Source: an uncultured Candidatus Rokubacteria bacterium (GTDB taxonomy: Bacteria; Methylomirabilota; Methylomirabilia; Rokubacteriales; CSP1-6). From it: a DNA stretch of 64,000 nt. The notes under the pieces are model-generated. The model was not told where the DNA came from, made no database searches, and saw nothing but the letters and a program-made list of their open reading frames with translations. Location: NCBI GenBank assembly GCA_963758635.1, contig CAVWWD010000007.1:320001-384000 (forward strand), given 5' to 3'. Within the stretch, counting starts at the first letter, position 1. Each line of letters begins with the position of its first letter. The position numbers and the translations under genes were made by a program. Positions 59,689-64,000 of this stretch are shown here, one piece after another.

Positions 59689-60732
59689 TTAGACTCCAGG
59701 CCAGAACGAGAAAAGTCGCTCGACGAACCAGAAGGCTGCCATCGTTCCGATGACGAAGGTCGCAGCCGGACGCATCAGCGCGCTCCAGTGGGCGGGAATC
59801 GGGAGACGCCGCACCAGCCCACGGAGCGTCAACATGGCCGCGATGAAGCCAAGCTGCCCGGCCTCGATGCCCACATTGAAGGCGAAGAGCGCGGGTGGAA
59901 CATCGCCTTGGGGCAAGCCGATATCGGCCAGTGCGCTCGCAAAGCCGAAGCCGTGCAGGAGTCCGAACGCGAACGCCACAAGCCAGGGCCACTGCGCGGT
60001 GAGGCTGCGCTCGCCTCTGCGCTGCCGCGTCATCTCGCACGCGAGCAGGAGGATGCTCAGCGCGATGCTCGCCTCCACCGGTGGGCCCGGTACGTGCACG
60101 ACACCCAGCGCCGACAAGCCCAGCGTGATCGAGTGCGCCAGCGTGAACGCGGTCACCGTCGTCACCAGCTTCCGCACGTTCCGCACGATCAGGATGAGCG
60201 CGAACACGAACAGCAGATGGTCATATCCGAGCAGGATGTGCTCGACGCCGTGCAGGACATAGGCACTCGCCACGGCGATGGCTCCGCGCGCGGTTGGAAT
60301 CACGATCCACGGCTGCGACGGATGGACGAGCGTCGTGGAATGCGCGCCATCGCGTGTTTCGACGCGCACGAGCACGTCAGTGATGGTGCCTTGCAAGCCG
60401 ACGAACTCCATGCGCTTGCCGCCCAAACCGCCGGGCACGGCGATCAACCTGCGTTCGACGACCGAATCGGACAGCTCGTACAAGCCCGGGTTGGTGACGT
60501 TGGTGGCGCCATCGGGTAGCTGCAGCACCACGGGCAGCCGCATGCCGGAGACCACCGGCGTTCGCCACACGACGTCGAAGCGGTCGGGCGCCGTCTCGGT
60601 CAGCGCGAGATACGCCGGACGCGCTTCGTGAGCGTTCGCATGAAGGGCGTCCGCGAGCAGCATCAGGATCACCAGCGCCACCAGCGACAGCATCGCTTCG
60701 AGTGCGCGAACGGGACGCGATCGAGCGTTCAT
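59689..60732 (-). CDS. HupE/UreJ family membrane protein with periplasmic N-domain
   Basis: 'AHEARPAYL', 'GVEHILLGYDHLLF', 'TAFTLAHSITL', 'FGLLHGFGFA', 'FNVGIE.GQ'. Confidence 0.88.
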   Translation of the reverse strand: MNARSRPVRALEAMLSLVALVILMLLADALHANAHEARPAYLALTETAPDRFDVVWRTPVVSGMRLPVVLQLPDGATNVTNPGLYELSDSVVERRLIAVPGGLGGKRMEFVGLQGTITDVLVRVETRDGAHSTTLVHPSQPWIVIPTARGAIAVASAYVLHGVEHILLGYDHLLFVFALILIVRNVRKLVTTVTAFTLAHSITLGLSALGVVHVPGPPVEASIALSILLLACEMTRQRRGERSLTAQWPWLVAFAFGLLHGFGFASALADIGLPQGDVPPALFAFNVGIEAGQLGFIAAMLTLRGLVRRLPIPAHWSALMRPAATFVIGTMAAFWFVERLFSFWPGV

Positions 60733-61637
60733 GGCCTCGCAGGAGGAGCCGGCGCGGAGGTCTCGTTGTGCGCGCGGGACAGCGGCGGCAACCGCACCTC
60801 GTAGCGCGCCTTCATCACGTCGAAGGCGCGACGCCGCGCTTCCGACCTTTGATCCTCCATCCACGCCGCCTGGACCTCGGCCACGATCTCGTCGAAGGCT
60901 GGAACGCGACCGGGCGTCGCGGACGTGACGAGCACCAGATGCCAACCGAGGCCCGACTCGATCGGCCCTTGCCACGTGCCGACCGGCAGCTGGCGCACGG
61001 CCCCGGCGAAGCGACTGCCGAAGATGGCTGCCACCTGCTCCGCCGTGCGATCGGCGTAGTGGTCCTGGAACATGAACGCGTCGCCGATGGCCGAGAGCGA
61101 GGGTGCATCGGCGGGCGTACCGCCGAGCCTGACAAGCGCACGCGTGGCGTCCTGCTGCGCACGATCGCCACGGCGGTCCGGGGAAAAGTACAGGTGTCGG
61201 AAGGAACGGCGACCAGGGTCCGCGAACCGCGTGGAATTGCGCGAATACCAGGCGCGGAGCTCCTCGACCGAAGGATTGCGCACGGCCGAAAGGTCGTCGG
61301 CCAGGAACGCCATCTTCTGCGCCAACCGGCGCTTGATGATCGTGTCGCCGCGCTCGAGGCCGAGCGCGAGCGCCTCGCGGTAGAGGATCTCCTCGCGGAC
61401 CCGGCTCTCCACGAGTCCTTGCAGCTCATCCTGCGTCGGCGCCCGATGCCACTGCGCCGTCCACACGATCTCGAGTTGCCGCACGTCGGCGGCGGTCAGC
61501 TCGATGCGGTTGCCCTCGACCTTGGCCGGCCGCTCGGGATGGACGAGCCGGTAGCCCGCGAACAGCAACGCGCCAACCACGATGAATTGCAACAGCGGCT
61601 CGCCCAGCGCGCGCCTCAGCACGGACATCGCGCGCAC
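60729..61637 (-). CDS. PpiC/parvulin-type peptidyl-prolyl isomerase-like protein
   Basis: 'EPLLQF', 'REEILYREALALGL...D.IIKRRL.QKM.FL', 'WQGPIESGLGWHLV'. Confidence 0.85.
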   Translation of the reverse strand: MRAMSVLRRALGEPLLQFIVVGALLFAGYRLVHPERPAKVEGNRIELTAADVRQLEIVWTAQWHRAPTQDELQGLVESRVREEILYREALALGLERGDTIIKRRLAQKMAFLADDLSAVRNPSVEELRAWYSRNSTRFADPGRRSFRHLYFSPDRRGDRAQQDATRALVRLGGTPADAPSLSAIGDAFMFQDHYADRTAEQVAAIFGSRFAGAVRQLPVGTWQGPIESGLGWHLVLVTSATPGRVPAFDEIVAEVQAAWMEDQRSEARRRAFDVMKARYEVRLPPLSRAHNETSAPAPPARP

Positions 61638-63914
61638 TCATTCAACGTCGTAGTTGGCGTACCCGAACTCGTTACTGCGGGCCGCGACGTACTTGTCGCC
61701 CACCTTGTAGAGAGTCACCTCGAACGGTGCGCCCGCGATCGTCGTCACGATCTTGCCACCGCGGATCTCGTACTGCGCCGGCGACCCGAGCTCGCCGCTG
61801 TGTAGCACATCGCCGATCTGACCGGCGCGCGGCTGCTTGCCGTCGACACTGAGGATAAGGCGCCGCCCGTCGGATCCGTAGAGGATCTCGAAGCGCTGCC
61901 CCGTCACCGTGTTCCGGATCTTGAACGTCTTTCCGACGATCAATTGCTTCAATTGCGCGTCATCGAGCGCGGCGGCGCCCTGTTGCTTCAACTCGGCAAC
62001 CGTCGTCCCAGGCTTCGCGGCTTTGCGCGCTTCGTCGCTGGGCGAATACCAGATCGGAGACGTCCAAGCACGATCCTGAACCGCCGCTGGAACGTTGGCC
62101 GGCGGCGGGACACCGAGCTTTTTCGCGTCGTACGTCGTCCAGCGCGGCGTCGGAATCTGCAGAACCCGGGCATAGTAGAACGCGAACTGGCTCGGATCGA
62201 ACTCGGGGTCGGTCCAGACTGTCTTCAACTCAACGGCGCCGATCGTGTTCGAATACGTCGCGTTCTTGATATCTACCGTGTTGGCCACCGGCGGCAGCTC
62301 GGCCTCGCCGCGCCGAACTCGGGTGTCGGATATTCTGGCGCCGCCCTTGACCGCGCGATTGCCGGACCAGGCGACGTTGTAGATCTTCTCGAAAATCTGG
62401 CCGTTGCGGGTCCATCCCTTGACGATCTGAATCCGGTCGAGATTCGCGTCGTCGGGGTCCTTGACGGCCTGTACGATGAACGTCGGCGCCTTCGATTTAG
62501 CCGCCGGCAGATCGCCGCCCATCGGAACGCCGTTCGCGTACCCGGTCCTGACCCAATCCTTGCGTTGCAGGACGCCGGGCGCGAAGTCCCAGCCGCCGAA
62601 GAAGCGCACTTTGATGCGCACGCCGCTGGTCGCGAATGTCTCCTTGCGCTGCATGGCGGCGAAGATGGCCTCGCGTGTGTTCTCCTCGGCCCACACTCCG
62701 CCCAATCCGGACGTGGCAAACCTGTCCGACGCCATACCGGCATGCTTCTCGCCGCTGAGTCGGCCTTGCGGCGTGGCATCGAGCAGGGCGTGCCCGCCGA
62801 AGAAGTTCGATTGCGTATACGCCATCGCGGTGGCGTGCGTGTCGCTCGCGCCCACGAGGCCGAACCTGTACGGGTTGTAGCCGCGCGCGTCCTGCATCGC
62901 CAGCCCGTTCTGGTACGCCTCGCGAATGTAGCTGCCATGCAGCCGGGGCGCACGGTCGATGCCGCCCAGCAGATATTCCAGGATCTCGTGCCGGGCGAAC
63001 TCGTCGTTGGGCGACAGCGCCGGATGCGTTTCCGATGCGCCCTTGAGCTGCTGCATCTCGGACAGCGGCTCGTTGTTCACCCGGGATTGCGCCCACGCGG
63101 CATCGATCGGCCGGCCCTTGCCGTCGACTTCCAGCGGAAACATCACGCCATCGGAGAGGTTCGCGTTATGCGAAATAGCGAGCAGCTCGTTCCCGGCCTT
63201 GCGCTGGGCATCCATCCAGGACCACAGATCCTCCGGGTGCGTGGAGTCGATCGCGGTAAACGGCACTGTCGGAATCTTCTTCGAATCCTTGAAGATCACG
63301 TTGCGGTGCAGGTTGCGATTGTCGGGCGTCGAACTCCATTCGTACGCAGCGAAGGTGGTGAACTTTCCGGGTTTGTAGAACTTGTCGGCAATGTCGGCGA
63401 CCCGCCTCCAGACAGAGCCTGCGACCTCGGGGTTTACGAGCTCCTTGATCGGTTCGTTCTTGAGGATGGTAGTGGCGAGGAAGAGATAGACCTTCTGGAT
63501 ATCGTCCTTGCTCTTGACGGTCAGCTGTCGTGCGATCGGCAGCTTGCTCAAGTCCGACTGTGGATCGTTGGCGAGACGGACGGTGCCCATGTATTCCGAG
63601 TGATCCGTGACGGCCGCGAAATCGAGCGGACGCTTCAGCTGCACCATGTAGCCCGCGGGATGGCGGATCGGCTTGCCCAAGGCGAACTGGTACGCGTCCT
63701 CGGGACCGGTCAGCGTGTTCCCGAAGACGTACGCATCGAACGACCAGCTCGTATGGATGTGTGTCTCGCCGAAGAACACGTCGCGTAGCGGGTTCCCTTG
63801 CGCGCAGGCCAGCATCGGCGAAGCACATACGCTCGCTCCTACCAATGCAATGACGAGTCGTCGCAGCGCGACACGATGTGCGCCGCCGGCAGCCGAAAGG
63901 TTCCTGTCGATCAT
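61638..63914 (-). CDS. DUF3604 domain protein (secreted, PHP-like metal sites; start uncertain)
   Basis: 'FFGETHIHTSWSFDA', 'AVTDHSE', 'AYEWS', 'SHNANLSDG', 'GASDTH', 'RAWTSPIWY'. Confidence 0.88.
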   Translation of the reverse strand: MIDRNLSAAGGAHRVALRRLVIALVGASVCASPMLACAQGNPLRDVFFGETHIHTSWSFDAYVFGNTLTGPEDAYQFALGKPIRHPAGYMVQLKRPLDFAAVTDHSEYMGTVRLANDPQSDLSKLPIARQLTVKSKDDIQKVYLFLATTILKNEPIKELVNPEVAGSVWRRVADIADKFYKPGKFTTFAAYEWSSTPDNRNLHRNVIFKDSKKIPTVPFTAIDSTHPEDLWSWMDAQRKAGNELLAISHNANLSDGVMFPLEVDGKGRPIDAAWAQSRVNNEPLSEMQQLKGASETHPALSPNDEFARHEILEYLLGGIDRAPRLHGSYIREAYQNGLAMQDARGYNPYRFGLVGASDTHATAMAYTQSNFFGGHALLDATPQGRLSGEKHAGMASDRFATSGLGGVWAEENTREAIFAAMQRKETFATSGVRIKVRFFGGWDFAPGVLQRKDWVRTGYANGVPMGGDLPAAKSKAPTFIVQAVKDPDDANLDRIQIVKGWTRNGQIFEKIYNVAWSGNRAVKGGARISDTRVRRGEAELPPVANTVDIKNATYSNTIGAVELKTVWTDPEFDPSQFAFYYARVLQIPTPRWTTYDAKKLGVPPPANVPAAVQDRAWTSPIWYSPSDEARKAAKPGTTVAELKQQGAAALDDAQLKQLIVGKTFKIRNTVTGQRFEILYGSDGRRLILSVDGKQPRAGQIGDVLHSGELGSPAQYEIRGGKIVTTIAGAPFEVTLYKVGDKYVAARSNEFGYANYDVE

Positions 63915-64000
63915 CCTTGCCCTCCACTTGAAGAACACCGGCGACACTGCTGCAGGCCGCGCATGCGATCTACGAGACGATGACGCGGGGCCAAGGGCCC

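Overview
A very GC-rich bacterial chromosomal segment. Its gene content and style resemble Candidatus Rokubacteria / Methylomirabilota, but this is inference only. Bases 1-44,600 hold mostly metabolic, transport and regulatory genes: RidA, PilZ, Nudix, an ADH/ECH/LLM cluster, TauD, amidohydrolase, aminotransferase, a NodIJ-like ABC exporter, MscS, a MetE-like protein, acyl-CoA ligase, cca, a PIN-type toxin-antitoxin pair, yejABEF, MATE/HxlR, a Tat subunit, lexA, HD-GYP, CoA-transferase, a KaiC-like ATPase and a peptide-binding protein. tRNA-Gly(CCC) at 44,524-44,598 is followed by an integrase remnant and a probable degraded island of about 19 kb, made almost entirely of uncharacterised secreted or outer-membrane proteins and ending in a DUF3604-PPIase-HupE/UreJ module. 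Highlights: (i) a lexA locus with a non-canonical palindromic operator candidate (TCAAC-N4-GTTGA), a small downstream membrane-protein gene, and an upstream TatA/B protein fused to an Ada-type Zn domain; (ii) two PEP-CTERM-like genes, one essentially signal peptide plus sorting signal only, each with a sigma-54 promoter and TGT-N11/12-ACA-type upstream sites; (iii) two dispersed intergenic repeat families (a 76-bp element always just after a stop codon, and a 50-75-bp element that forms a tandem array and enters a CDS), plus a BoxC-like pair. About ten genes carry apparent single-base insertions, most likely long-read consensus errors. All family assignments come from motif recognition by eye, not from database searches.
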